A DNA stretch of 64,000 bases from an uncultured Clostridia bacterium (GTDB taxonomy: Bacteria > Bacillota > Clostridia > Lachnospirales > Bianqueaceae): assembly GCA_944376225.1 (NCBI GenBank), contig CALWBZ010000031.1, positions 2,166 to 66,165 of the forward strand, given 5' to 3'. Each line of letters begins with the position of its first letter. The first letter of the stretch is position 1. The notes beneath the pieces were generated by a model, which made no database searches, was not told where the DNA came from, and was given only the letters and a program-made list of their open reading frames with translations. Positions 55,686-64,000 of this stretch are shown here, piece by piece. Both the position numbers and the translations under genes were made by a program.

Positions 55686-56540
55686 TTATTCTACATCGAG
55701 AGGAGTCTTCGCGGTAGGAGCGGGAAAGGCCTCTTCCAGCCGTGCGAGATCTTCTTCGGAAAGACAAAGTTCCGCCGCCAAACTGTTTTGCCGGGTATGG
55801 TCGGCGTTTCCGGCGCGGGGAATGGCGATGGTATGTCCGTCTCGAATCACAAAGGAAAGAAGAACCTGGGGCACGGTGACGCCGTGCTGTTCCGCGATCT
55901 TCGATAAGACAGGATGCTGCAAGAGATTGCGGGAAAGGCGTCCTCCCTGGGCCAGGGGGCAATAAGCCATAAGTGTTACCCCGTGATCCCTCATCCAGGG
56001 AAGAAGATCGTACTCGATGCCTCGGGAGGCAATGTGATAAAGCACCTGATTGACCGCGCAGTGAGATCCGCCGGGAATGCGGAAAAGTTCTTCCATATCA
56101 TCCGTATCGAAATTGGAGACGCCCCAGCGCCGGATTTTACCCTGGCTGACGAGTTCTTCCATGCAGGCTACGGTTTCCCTCAAGGGAATACTGCCCCGCC
56201 AATGGAGCAGATACAGGTCTAAATAATCCGTGTTTAAGCGACGCAGGCTTTCCTCGCAGCTATGAAAAATGTGACGGCGTCCCGCGTTGTGAGGATATAC
56301 TTTGGAGACGAGAAAAAGATCCTGTCTTTTATAATACGGAAGAATCCCCCCGATCAAGCTTTCCGCGGCTCCTTCTCCATACATCTCCGCCGTATCTAAA
56401 AGAGTCATGCCGGCCTCGATCCCCGCGCGAAGGGCACGACCTTCCGCCTCACGGGTGTCTTTGCGTTCTCCGAGATACCAACTTCCCTGGCCTAATACGG
56501 GCAGGAGGGCGCCGTCTTTTAACATGCAATACTTCATCAA
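55686..56540 (-). CDS. aldo/keto reductase
   Basis: LDTAEMYG, and LYLLHW early in the sequence. 284 aa. Confidence 0.9.
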   Translation of the reverse strand: MMKYCMLKDGALLPVLGQGSWYLGERKDTREAEGRALRAGIEAGMTLLDTAEMYGEGAAESLIGGILPYYKRQDLFLVSKVYPHNAGRRHIFHSCEESLRRLNTDYLDLYLLHWRGSIPLRETVACMEELVSQGKIRRWGVSNFDTDDMEELFRIPGGSHCAVNQVLYHIASRGIEYDLLPWMRDHGVTLMAYCPLAQGGRLSRNLLQHPVLSKIAEQHGVTVPQVLLSFVIRDGHTIAIPRAGNADHTRQNSLAAELCLSEEDLARLEEAFPAPTAKTPLDVE

Positions 56541-56713
56541 AATCCCCTTCCTTTCTGTGTTTCTACATTATTATAATCGTTCCATCGAGAAAATACAATA
56601 AAAGATTCAAAGATTGTTCACGATATAACCTTTATTTTGTTTACAATTAAAAGGTATGATAAAAAATGTATAGATTATTATTTTTATTAAAGTACACAGA
56701 AAGGATGATGGAG

Positions 56714-57157
56714 ATGGCAGAAAAAAACAACAGGAATGAATTTCTATCGATTATGAAATTCGCGCAGACCTTGATGGCAGAGAGTTTTACGCCAATTTGC
56801 AGAGAATACGGCATTTCTTCGCAGCAGATGAAGATCTTATCCGCGCTGTATCATAAAAAGAATCAGACGGTAGGGGAACTGAGTCAGTCTACTCAGATTT
56901 TGAGAAGCAACATCACCAGCGTCTGCAAGAAAATGGAGAAGGACGGTTATCTGGTACGCAGCCGCAGCCTGATGGACGAGCGGGTGGTCCGAGTCAGCCT
57001 GACGGATAAGGGCATGAAGATCATGAAGATGATTGGCGATGCTTTTACCCAATATTATGATCATCTCTTGGAAGGTGAGCCTCAGGAGACCTGTCAGGTC
57101 ATTCACGACGGGCTTCAGAAGTTGTGTGAGCTGATGGAGAAATCCAAAGAAGAGTAA
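56714..57157 (+). CDS. MarR family transcriptional regulator
   Basis: Winged HTH (QQMKILSALYHKKNQTVGELSQSTQILRSNITSVCKKMEKDGYLVR). The start is among ATG 56705, 56708 and 56714. Confidence 0.8.
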   Translation: MAEKNNRNEFLSIMKFAQTLMAESFTPICREYGISSQQMKILSALYHKKNQTVGELSQSTQILRSNITSVCKKMEKDGYLVRSRSLMDERVVRVSLTDKGMKIMKMIGDAFTQYYDHLLEGEPQETCQVIHDGLQKLCELMEKSKEE

Positions 57158-57160
57158 GGA

Positions 57161-59011
57161 ATGAAAGAAGTTAAGAATACCAGGAAGCCGCTGATCTTTT
57201 ATTATGTCATCGCGATCATTGTCCTGATGCTTTTGAACGCCCTGGTCTTTCCGAGGGCCCTCAGCGCTCAGGTAGAAGAGGTGGATTACGGCGTATTTTT
57301 GCAGATGGCCGAGGATGGCAACATATCCGAGGCGCAGGTGACGGATACGGAGATCATATTCGCCGATAAGAATACGCCCACGGGCTACTATAAGACAGGA
57401 CGGATGGATGACATTTTCCTGGTTCAGCGGCTATACGACGCGGGCATCGTTCAGTTTGGCACGCCCATTATCGAACAGATGTCGCCCATCTTGAACTTTT
57501 TATTGACATGGGTACTTCCCGTTGTCGTCATGATCGTGGCGGGACAGCTCCTCATGCGGTTCATGATGAAAAGGATGGGCGGAAGCGTGGGCGGAGGCAT
57601 GGGAGGAGCCATGTCCTTCGGTAAGAGTAACGCCAAGGTATACGTTCCGTCAGAGGAAGGAATCCGATTTTCGGATGTGGCGGGAGAAGACGAAGCCAAG
57701 GAACTTTTGACGGAAATCGTGGATTACCTGCACAATCCGGGCAAATACGCGCAGATCGGTGCGTCGATTCCCAAGGGAGCCCTTCTGGTGGGTCCTCCCG
57801 GAACGGGAAAAACCCTGTTGGCAAGGGCGGTTGCCGGAGAGGCTCACGTACCCTTCTTCTCGATCGCGGGTTCGGAGTTTGTAGAGATGTTTGTGGGAAT
57901 GGGAGCCGCTAAGGTCCGAGACTTGTTTAAGCAAGCCAACGAGAAAGCGCCCTGCATTGTCTTTATCGATGAGATCGATACCATCGGAAAGAAGCGAGAC
58001 GGCGCGGGCTCCATCGGCGGCAACGACGAACGGGAACAGACGCTGAACCAGCTTTTGACCGAGATGGACGGATTCGACGCGAAGAAAGGCGTCATTATCC
58101 TGGCGGCGACGAACCGTCCGGATTCCTTGGATCCGGCGCTTCTCCGTCCCGGGCGTTTTGACCGTCGGATTCCCGTAGAACTCCCGGATTTGAAAGGGCG
58201 GGAAGAGATCCTGAAGGTTCATGCCAAGAAGGTGAAGATGTCTTCTAATGTGGACTTTTCCGCGATTGCCAAGGCGGCGGCAGGCGCTTCCGGCGCGGAA
58301 CTGGCTAACATGATTAATGAGGCGGCGCTGCGGGCGGTGCGTTCGGGCCGCGACGTGGTGAGCCAGGCGGATCTGGAAGAGAGCGTGGAAGTCGTCATCG
58401 CCGGGTATCAGAAGAAAAACAAGATTCTGTCCGATCATGAGAAGATGGTCGTGTCCTATCATGAGATCGGTCACGCGCTGGTGGCGGCGCTGCAGACGCA
58501 TTCCGCGCCGGTAACGAAGATTACGATCATTCCCAGAACGTCCGGAGCCTTGGGCTATACGATGCAGGTGGATGAGGATGAGCACAATCTGATGACCAAG
58601 GAAGAGATTGAAAACAAGATTGCCACGCTTACCGGCGGACGTGTGGCGGAAGATCTGATCTTCCATTCGGTGACCACCGGAGCCTCTAATGATATCGAGC
58701 AGGCGACGAAACTCGCCCGGGCCATGATCACCCGGTTTGGCATGAGCGAGGCCTTCGGCATGGTGGCCATGGAGACCGTAAGCAATCAATACTTGGGAGG
58801 CGACACATCCTTGGCTTGTTCGCCGGATACCGCCACCCAGATCGATCAGCAGGTTGTGGAATTAGTGAAGAAACAGTACGATAAAGCGAGAAGCCTGTTG
58901 CAGGAACACATGAAGGAACTGAACGCGCTGGCGCAGTATCTGTACAATCATGAGACGATCACAGGACAGGAATTTATGGATATCCTGCAGGATTTACAAT
59001 CCGCTTCATAA
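57161..59011 (+). CDS. ftsH: ATP-dependent zinc metalloprotease FtsH
   Basis: Walker [22 protein letters not shown], and zinc motif HEIGHAL. Confidence 0.95.
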   Translation: MKEVKNTRKPLIFYYVIAIIVLMLLNALVFPRALSAQVEEVDYGVFLQMAEDGNISEAQVTDTEIIFADKNTPTGYYKTGRMDDIFLVQRLYDAGIVQFGTPIIEQMSPILNFLLTWVLPVVVMIVAGQLLMRFMMKRMGGSVGGGMGGAMSFGKSNAKVYVPSEEGIRFSDVAGEDEAKELLTEIVDYLHNPGKYAQIGASIPKGALLVGPPGTGKTLLARAVAGEAHVPFFSIAGSEFVEMFVGMGAAKVRDLFKQANEKAPCIVFIDEIDTIGKKRDGAGSIGGNDEREQTLNQLLTEMDGFDAKKGVIILAATNRPDSLDPALLRPGRFDRRIPVELPDLKGREEILKVHAKKVKMSSNVDFSAIAKAAAGASGAELANMINEAALRAVRSGRDVVSQADLEESVEVVIAGYQKKNKILSDHEKMVVSYHEIGHALVAALQTHSAPVTKITIIPRTSGALGYTMQVDEDEHNLMTKEEIENKIATLTGGRVAEDLIFHSVTTGASNDIEQATKLARAMITRFGMSEAFGMVAMETVSNQYLGGDTSLACSPDTATQIDQQVVELVKKQYDKARSLLQEHMKELNALAQYLYNHETITGQEFMDILQDLQSAS

Positions 59012-59019
59012 ATGTTCTT

Positions 59020-59048
59020 GAGGGGAGGGCACAGCCCTCCTCTTTTTG
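59020..59048 (+). terminator. intrinsic terminator after ftsH
   Basis: GAGGGGAGGGC-ACA-GCCCTCCTC followed by TTTTT. Confidence 0.6.
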
Positions 59049-59124
59049 GATTCTTGTCGTATAAATATACGATTTCCGCGGGAGCGGCGCGGGGAAAATT
59101 ATTCACATTTTTTTCATGCAGATG

Positions 59125-59153
59125 TTGACAAGGCAGAATAAATACTGTATCAT
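59125..59153 (+). promoter_or_regulatory. sigma-A type promoter for the amino-acid ABC operon
   Basis: TTGACA 59125-59130, 17-nt spacer ending in TG, TATCAT 59148-59153. Confidence 0.5.
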
Positions 59154-59227
59154 TGTGGCACAACAGCAGAGCAGAAAAAATAGAAATTGCTGTTGAATGT
59201 ATATTTTTTCATAGAGGAGAATTTAAG

Positions 59228-60109
59228 ATGAAAAAGTGGATTGCGTTTTTAATGACGGCCATGATGGTAGCAGCGGCTATGGCTTGCGCTCCCGCGTCGG
59301 ATTCGTCCAGTAAGGCCGAGGAAAGCTCGGCGGCCCAGGAGAGTTCCGCGGTTGAAGAGAGCGCCGCTTCCGAGGAGAGCTCTGTTTCTGAAAACGAAGG
59401 CGCCAGTGAATTTACCACGGCGACGGAAGGCGTTTTGACCATGGCGACCAACGCGGAATTTCCGCCGTATGAGTATTATGAAGGCGATACCGTGACCGGT
59501 ATCGATGTGGAGATCGCTCAGGCGATCGCGGATAAGCTGGGTCTGACGCTGCAGGTGGAGGACATGGAGTTCGATTCCGTCATTTCCGCGGTGAAGGGCG
59601 GTAAGGCCGATATCGGTATGGCCGGCATGACGGTAACGGATGAACGGCTGGAGGAAGTGAACTTTACCGAGAGTTATGCCACGGGCGTGCAGGTGATCAT
59701 TGTCACGGAGGATTCTGACATTACCAGCGCGGACGATCTGTTCGCGGAGGGAGCGAATCATACGATCGGCGTACAGCTTACCACGACGGGGGATATCTAT
59801 ACTACGGAGGATATCGAAGCCGCGGGTCTTGGAACGATCGACCGTTATAACAAGGGCGCCGACGCCGTGATGGCCCTGAAGAACGGCAAGGTAGACTGTG
59901 TTGTTATCGATAACGAGCCGGCGAAGGCTTTCGTTGCCGCGAATGAGGGTCTGAAGATTCTGGAGACCGAGTATGTGACCGAAGATTACGCCATCGCGGT
60001 GTCCAAGGACAACGATGCTTTGCATGCCGCCGTAGACGCGGCGCTGCAGGAGCTGATCGCCGACGGCACTGTTCAGAGTATCATTGACAAGTATATTACC
60101 GCAGAGTAA
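59228..60109 (+). CDS. amino acid ABC transporter substrate-binding lipoprotein
   Basis: ATG 59228 follows AGAGGAG. Signal peptide with AMAC lipobox, a Ser/Glu-rich linker, and an SBP_bac_3-type domain (GIDVEIAQAIADKLG). Confidence 0.85.
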   Translation: MKKWIAFLMTAMMVAAAMACAPASDSSSKAEESSAAQESSAVEESAASEESSVSENEGASEFTTATEGVLTMATNAEFPPYEYYEGDTVTGIDVEIAQAIADKLGLTLQVEDMEFDSVISAVKGGKADIGMAGMTVTDERLEEVNFTESYATGVQVIIVTEDSDITSADDLFAEGANHTIGVQLTTTGDIYTTEDIEAAGLGTIDRYNKGADAVMALKNGKVDCVVIDNEPAKAFVAANEGLKILETEYVTEDYAIAVSKDNDALHAAVDAALQELIADGTVQSIIDKYITAE

Positions 60110-60182
60110 TTGCTGAAAAAACACAGGAGATAAAGGGGCGGCCTTACCGCCCCTTGTACTGTACCAGGAAGGAGAAGGCCGA

Positions 60183-60977
60183 ATGATATTACTCGTAAGC
60201 GATACCATGGAAGCATGGCTGAATTCCGCGCCGGATTGGATGTTGAATCTGCCCCAGTGGGCCTATGACATCTGTTATGACTTTTTTAAGTCCTTTATTT
60301 TTGACCAGCGCTATTTGAATATCCTGACGGGTCTTCAAAATACGCTGCTTCTGACCTTCTTTGCCCTGTTAGTCGGCCTCGCCTTGGGAATCATCGTCTC
60401 GTTGGTGCGTGTCTCCTGGGATAAAGAGACGAAGAATCGGCCCTGGGGGATTGGTAAATTCTTTATGGGCCTGGCAAACGCTGTATGTAAAGTTTATTTG
60501 ACGGTGATTCGCGGTACGCCGGTGGTCGTACAGATCATGATTATTTTCTTTGTCATCATGGCAAACTCCAATAATAAGATGCTTGCTGGCGTTTTGGCTT
60601 TCGGAATTAATTCGGGGGCCTATGTGGCCGAAATCATCCGGGGCGGCATCATGTCCATAGAAGAGGGTCAGTTTGAGGCGGGTCGCTCCCTGGGATTTGG
60701 GTATGTTTCTACGATGGTGCATATCATCCTGCCCCAGGCCTTTAAGGCGGTGCTGCCCACGCTGGTCAACGAGTTTATCGTGCTGCTGAAGGAAACGGCG
60801 GTGGCGGGATATGTGGGCCTGATAGATCTGACAAGAGCGGGAAATATCATCCGCGGCGTTTCCTATGTGGATTTCATGCCCCTTTTAGGAGTGGCCGTCA
60901 TCTATCTGGTGATGGTGATGTTCTTTACCTGGCTGATGGGCAGACTCGAGAGGAGGCTGAGAAACAGTGACCACTAA
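60183..60977 (+). CDS. amino acid ABC transporter permease (His/Glu/Gln/Arg type)
   Basis: EAA loop [12 protein letters not shown]. 264 aa. Confidence 0.85.
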   Translation: MILLVSDTMEAWLNSAPDWMLNLPQWAYDICYDFFKSFIFDQRYLNILTGLQNTLLLTFFALLVGLALGIIVSLVRVSWDKETKNRPWGIGKFFMGLANAVCKVYLTVIRGTPVVVQIMIIFFVIMANSNNKMLAGVLAFGINSGAYVAEIIRGGIMSIEEGQFEAGRSLGFGYVSTMVHIILPQAFKAVLPTLVNEFIVLLKETAVAGYVGLIDLTRAGNIIRGVSYVDFMPLLGVAVIYLVMVMFFTWLMGRLERRLRNSDH

Positions 60978-61722
60978 ACAAAGCGATCAAACCCTGATTC
61001 GTGTGGAAGATCTGCAGATGCACTTCAAGAAAGGCCAGATTAAGGCCCTGGACGGCGTTTCTTTAGAGATTCAAAAAGGAGAAGTGCTGGTTATCATCGG
61101 ACCTTCCGGATCCGGTAAATCTACCCTTCTTCGCTGCCTCAACCGCCTGGAAGTACCCACCGGCGGGCATATCTATGTGGATAACGTGGATATCACGAAC
61201 CCTAAGGTGGAGATTCACGCCTATAGACAGAAGAGGGGAATGGTATTTCAGCATTTTCACCTGTTTCCGAATATGACGGTGCTGCGCAACATGACGTTGG
61301 CGCCCATGAAACTCCTTAAGAAATCCAAGCAGGAGGCGGAGGAGCAAGCCCTGAAACTTCTTGATCGGGTTGGGCTTAAAAATCGGGCGGACGCCTATCC
61401 CTCGCAGCTGTCCGGCGGGCAGAAACAGAGGATCGCGATTGTTAGAGCCCTATGTATGAATCCGGAGATCATGTTGTTTGACGAGCCCACTTCGGCGCTG
61501 GATCCGGAGATGGTGGGAGAGGTTCTGGAAGTGATGAGAGAACTGGCAAAAGAGGGCATGACCATGGCCGTAGTCACTCATGAGATGGGGTTTGCTCGGG
61601 AAGTGGGCAGCCGGATCATCTTCATGTCGGAGGGCAAAATCGTGGAAGAAGCCCCGCCGAAGGTTTTCTTTGAAAATCCGAGGAGCGATCGGGCAAAGGA
61701 GTTTTTGTCCAAGGTGTTGTAA
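60967..61722 (+). CDS. amino acid ABC transporter ATP-binding protein (GlnQ-like)
   Basis: Walker [10 protein letters not shown], signature LSGGQKQR, Walker [14 protein letters not shown] start overlaps the permease end. Confidence 0.92.
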   Translation: MTTKQSDQTLIRVEDLQMHFKKGQIKALDGVSLEIQKGEVLVIIGPSGSGKSTLLRCLNRLEVPTGGHIYVDNVDITNPKVEIHAYRQKRGMVFQHFHLFPNMTVLRNMTLAPMKLLKKSKQEAEEQALKLLDRVGLKNRADAYPSQLSGGQKQRIAIVRALCMNPEIMLFDEPTSALDPEMVGEVLEVMRELAKEGMTMAVVTHEMGFAREVGSRIIFMSEGKIVEEAPPKVFFENPRSDRAKEFLSKVL

Positions 61723-61727
61723 ACAGT

Positions 61728-61763
61728 AAACCGCTGACAAATTGACGCGTCAGCGGTTTTTTT
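61728..61763. terminator. intrinsic terminator (shared by convergent genes)
   Basis: AAACCGCTGAC-10 nt-GTCAGCGGTTT followed by TTTT. Confidence 0.7.
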
Positions 61764-61783
61764 GGTATGATGGGGAAAGAGAT

Positions 61784-62476
61784 CTATCCTGAGATTTCCG
61801 TTATATAGATATATCTCATGTATTCCGTGGATTGGATAAGGCATCTTTGAATCACATCCTTCGCATCGGTCAGTCGAAGCCCCGATATCTTGAAATGCTC
61901 TTGTAAAGCCAGTCGGACGGGTAATCGGACGGTAATCTCGGCAGAAGTAAAATCAAAATGTCCATCAGAGTTTATAGAAATATCCAGATCGGAACGGGTA
62001 TAGAAGGTTTGGGGCAGCTCATTCCCTTCATGGGTCAACATGTAGTAACTCCCCTGGGAGGGCGTCATATTGCTTTCTGTCAAAGAGCCCTTGCCCAGAG
62101 AAAAGGTAATAGAGACGGAACGGAAGTTGTTCCAGATAAATAAGAGTAAAATAAACAAGAGAAGAAAAATGACAACGCCCCATTTGAAACGGCGCAGAGC
62201 ATGCTGTGAATGTACATTTTTCATGACTTGATCCTGTTTTGCGACGCCTTTTTCCTTTGCGTCAGTTTGCCTCGAGGAAGAGGGATACGCGTTTTGTATG
62301 GGAGCGGCAAGTTCACCCTGATCGAAAAAAGGGCCCATGTAAGCTTTCTGCAGATCTTCTTGAGAAAAGACATAACGAAATCCCGAACGTTTAGGCTGAA
62401 TGCGGCCTTCCCGGATATAAGAACGTACCCTGCGTTTAGATAATCCGCTTTCTCGGCAAAATTCCTGCAGAGTCAT
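61784..62476 (-). CDS. membrane-tethered HTH (MerR/excisionase-like) protein
   Basis: N-terminal HTH (LQEFCRESGLSKRRVRSYIREGRI), one TM helix (WGVVIFLLLFILLLFIW), and a ~110-aa extracytoplasmic domain. Confidence 0.6.
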   Translation of the reverse strand: MTLQEFCRESGLSKRRVRSYIREGRIQPKRSGFRYVFSQEDLQKAYMGPFFDQGELAAPIQNAYPSSSRQTDAKEKGVAKQDQVMKNVHSQHALRRFKWGVVIFLLLFILLLFIWNNFRSVSITFSLGKGSLTESNMTPSQGSYYMLTHEGNELPQTFYTRSDLDISINSDGHFDFTSAEITVRLPVRLALQEHFKISGLRLTDAKDVIQRCLIQSTEYMRYIYITEISG

Positions 62477-62594
62477 GCGATCACTTCCTTTCCAGATAAG
62501 GTATTTTCCTATTTTTATTATACAGTCTATTTGGACAGAATGTCAATGAAGATGCCGGGAGATGGCATTTTTGCCAACTCGAGGAAAGTTGATA

Positions 62595-62623
62595 TTGCCC
62601 TGTCCCCTCTTTTGTGATATGAT
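62595..62623 (+). promoter_or_regulatory. sigma-A type promoter-like element upstream of trpB
   Basis: TTGCCC 62595-62600, 17-nt spacer, TGaTATGAT ending at 62623. Confidence 0.4.
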
Positions 62624-62701
62624 AAACACATTAGGACAGTTTTGACGCGAAGGAGACTGGTCCGAAAGGATATGATTATCTAATATATAGGGGGGCTAAG
62701 A

Positions 62702-63931
62702 ATGAATAAATATACGGTCTACGACAATTATCTGAAGGAACAGCCGGACGGAAAGGGGTATTTTGGGCCCTATGGCGGTTCCTATCTTCCGGAGGAGCTG
62801 GTTCCGGCTTTTCAAGAGATCGAGCAGGCATATAAACGTATCAGTCAGTCCGCGCAGTTTATCAACGAGCTGCGCCGAATCCGCAGAGAGTTTCAGGGGC
62901 GTCCCACGCCTGTGTACCATTGCGAGAGACTATCCAATCTTCTGGGGACGACGCAGATCTATTTGAAGAGAGAAGATTTGAACCATACGGGAGCGCATAA
63001 ACTGAATCACTGTATGGGCGAGGGCCTCCTGGCCAAGTTTATGGGAAAGAAGAAGCTGATCGCGGAGACCGGCGCGGGCCAGCACGGCGTGGCTTTGGCG
63101 ACGGCGGCGGCATATTTTGGCCTGGAATGCGACATATATATGGGCGAGGTAGACATTGCCAAGCAGGCGCCTAACGTGGCGAGGATGAAGATTCTGGGGG
63201 CCAGAGTCGTGCCGGTGAGCCATGGGCTGAAAACGCTTAAGGAAGCGGTGGACGCGGCTTTCGACGCATATATGAAGGAGTATCAGGACGCGATCTATTG
63301 TATCGGTTCCGCGGTGGGTCCTCATCCCTTCCCGCTGATCGTACGCGATTTCCAGATCGTGGTAGGCGAAGAAGCCAGGGAGCAGTTCGTGCAGATGACG
63401 GGACACCTTCCGGATGCCGTCTGCGCCTGCGTAGGAGGAGGATCCAATTCCATCGGTATGTTCGTTCCCTTCCTCGCGGATCCGGTGGAGATTATCGGGG
63501 TCGAGCCTTTGGGACGGGGCAGCGGCATAGGAGATCATGCCGCCTCCATGACGTTCGGGAAGAAGGGTGTTCTCCATGGCTTTGAAAGTTATCTGCTGCA
63601 GGATGAGAAGGGAGAACCGCTGCCGGTATACTCGGTTGCTTCCGGTCTCGATTATCCCGCCACGGGTCCCGAACACGCGTATCTCAAGGATATGGGACGC
63701 ACCCAGTACGATACGGTAGACGATAAGGAAGCGATGGAAGCCTTCTTTGCCCTCTCTCGTTATGAGGGCATTATTCCGGCCCTGGAGAGTTCCCATGCCG
63801 TGGCCTATGCCATGCGCTGCGCCAGGGAGGGCAAGTTCGGCAGTATTCTGGTGAACCTGTCCGGACGAGGGGATAAAGATATGGATTATGTTATCGAGCA
63901 TTACGGGTACGGAGAAGATCTGAAACTGTGA
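62702..63931 (+). CDS. trpB: tryptophan synthase beta-chain-like PLP enzyme (stand-alone)
   Basis: HTGAHKLN (PLP Lys), [11 protein letters not shown] and [10 protein letters not shown] motifs. 409 aa. No trpA starts in the 69 nt that remain. Confidence 0.85.
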   Translation: MNKYTVYDNYLKEQPDGKGYFGPYGGSYLPEELVPAFQEIEQAYKRISQSAQFINELRRIRREFQGRPTPVYHCERLSNLLGTTQIYLKREDLNHTGAHKLNHCMGEGLLAKFMGKKKLIAETGAGQHGVALATAAAYFGLECDIYMGEVDIAKQAPNVARMKILGARVVPVSHGLKTLKEAVDAAFDAYMKEYQDAIYCIGSAVGPHPFPLIVRDFQIVVGEEAREQFVQMTGHLPDAVCACVGGGSNSIGMFVPFLADPVEIIGVEPLGRGSGIGDHAASMTFGKKGVLHGFESYLLQDEKGEPLPVYSVASGLDYPATGPEHAYLKDMGRTQYDTVDDKEAMEAFFALSRYEGIIPALESSHAVAYAMRCAREGKFGSILVNLSGRGDKDMDYVIEHYGYGEDLKL

Positions 63932-64000
63932 CGAGCTTGAGTATGAAAAACAGACCACAGGAATCCGGCATGCAAAACGAATCCCATCGTTAAAAAACAT

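Noticed and set aside
57650-58789. 379-aa ORF antisense to ftsH
   Set aside because: The opposite strand encodes a full-length FtsH with all motifs. The antisense product is Arg/His/Gly-rich and low-complexity, as is typical of the reverse frame of GC-rich coding DNA. It has no RBS.
62477-62701. Possible T-box or TRAP-binding leader upstream of trpB
   Set aside because: There is no T-box consensus (AATTAGGGTGGTACCGCG-like) and no terminator/antiterminator pair. There is no series of (G/U)AG triplets. The leader is only about 70 nt long.
62930-64000. 356-aa ORF antisense to trpB
   Set aside because: Same reasoning. The trpB frame carries the PLP motifs, and the antisense ORF has no RBS and a skewed composition.
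1-64000. Search for CRISPR arrays, tRNA/rRNA genes, transposases, integrases, prophage or known defence genes
   Set aside because: No regularly spaced direct repeats and no GGTTCGAATCC-type tRNA arms were seen in any intergenic region. No ORF has transposase, integrase, phage or defence motifs. The longest intergenic gaps (under 300 nt) are explained by oriC, promoters and terminators.

Overview
This window is the chromosomal replication-origin region of a Gram-positive, Clostridia-like bacterium. dnaA (35376-36737, minus strand) is flanked by two DnaA-box clusters, giving a bipartite oriC. The dnaA-dnaN spacer also carries a GC cluster, a TAG/TAA DnaA-trio run and a short AT-rich stretch. 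Downstream on the same strand run dnaN, an S4-domain gene, recF, rpmH-rnpA-yidD-yidC-jag-mnmE-mnmG-rsmG, a Noc-position ParB paralog, GNAT, argS, a DAG/lipid kinase, and parA-parB-DUF4446. Two perfect tandem parS sites sit in front of parA. The left part holds a HAD hydrolase, a GH29 fucosidase, two OmpR-type two-component systems, a membrane GDPD protein, lipoprotein-galK, class I fumarate hydratase subunits, M18 and M42 aminopeptidases with an AraC regulator, and a Gfo/Idh/MocA oxidoreductase. Right of the origin, coding switches mostly to the plus strand. That side holds a DUF4867/FucI-like/SGNH operon, a MoxR-DUF58-DUF4129 operon, two ABC transporters, an AEC permease, GH28, a metallophosphoesterase, a FucI-like/cysteine-desulfurase-like/97-aa cluster, an aldo-keto reductase, MarR-ftsH and a stand-alone trpB. 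I found no rRNA or tRNA genes, CRISPR array, transposase, integrase, prophage or recognisable defence genes, so this looks like core chromosome rather than an accessory island. Four things stand out. (i) The gene order around oriC fits an inverted dnaA-recF origin cassette with no gyrBA. (ii) The parS pair lies inside the 3' end of a CDS. (iii) A near-consensus promoter feeds a structured leader that ends in a terminator right before the AraC-M42 operon. (iv) The clusters at 52.8-55.6 kb and 47.0-48.6 kb are uncharacterised. All functional calls come from motif recognition by eye; no database search or folding program was run.
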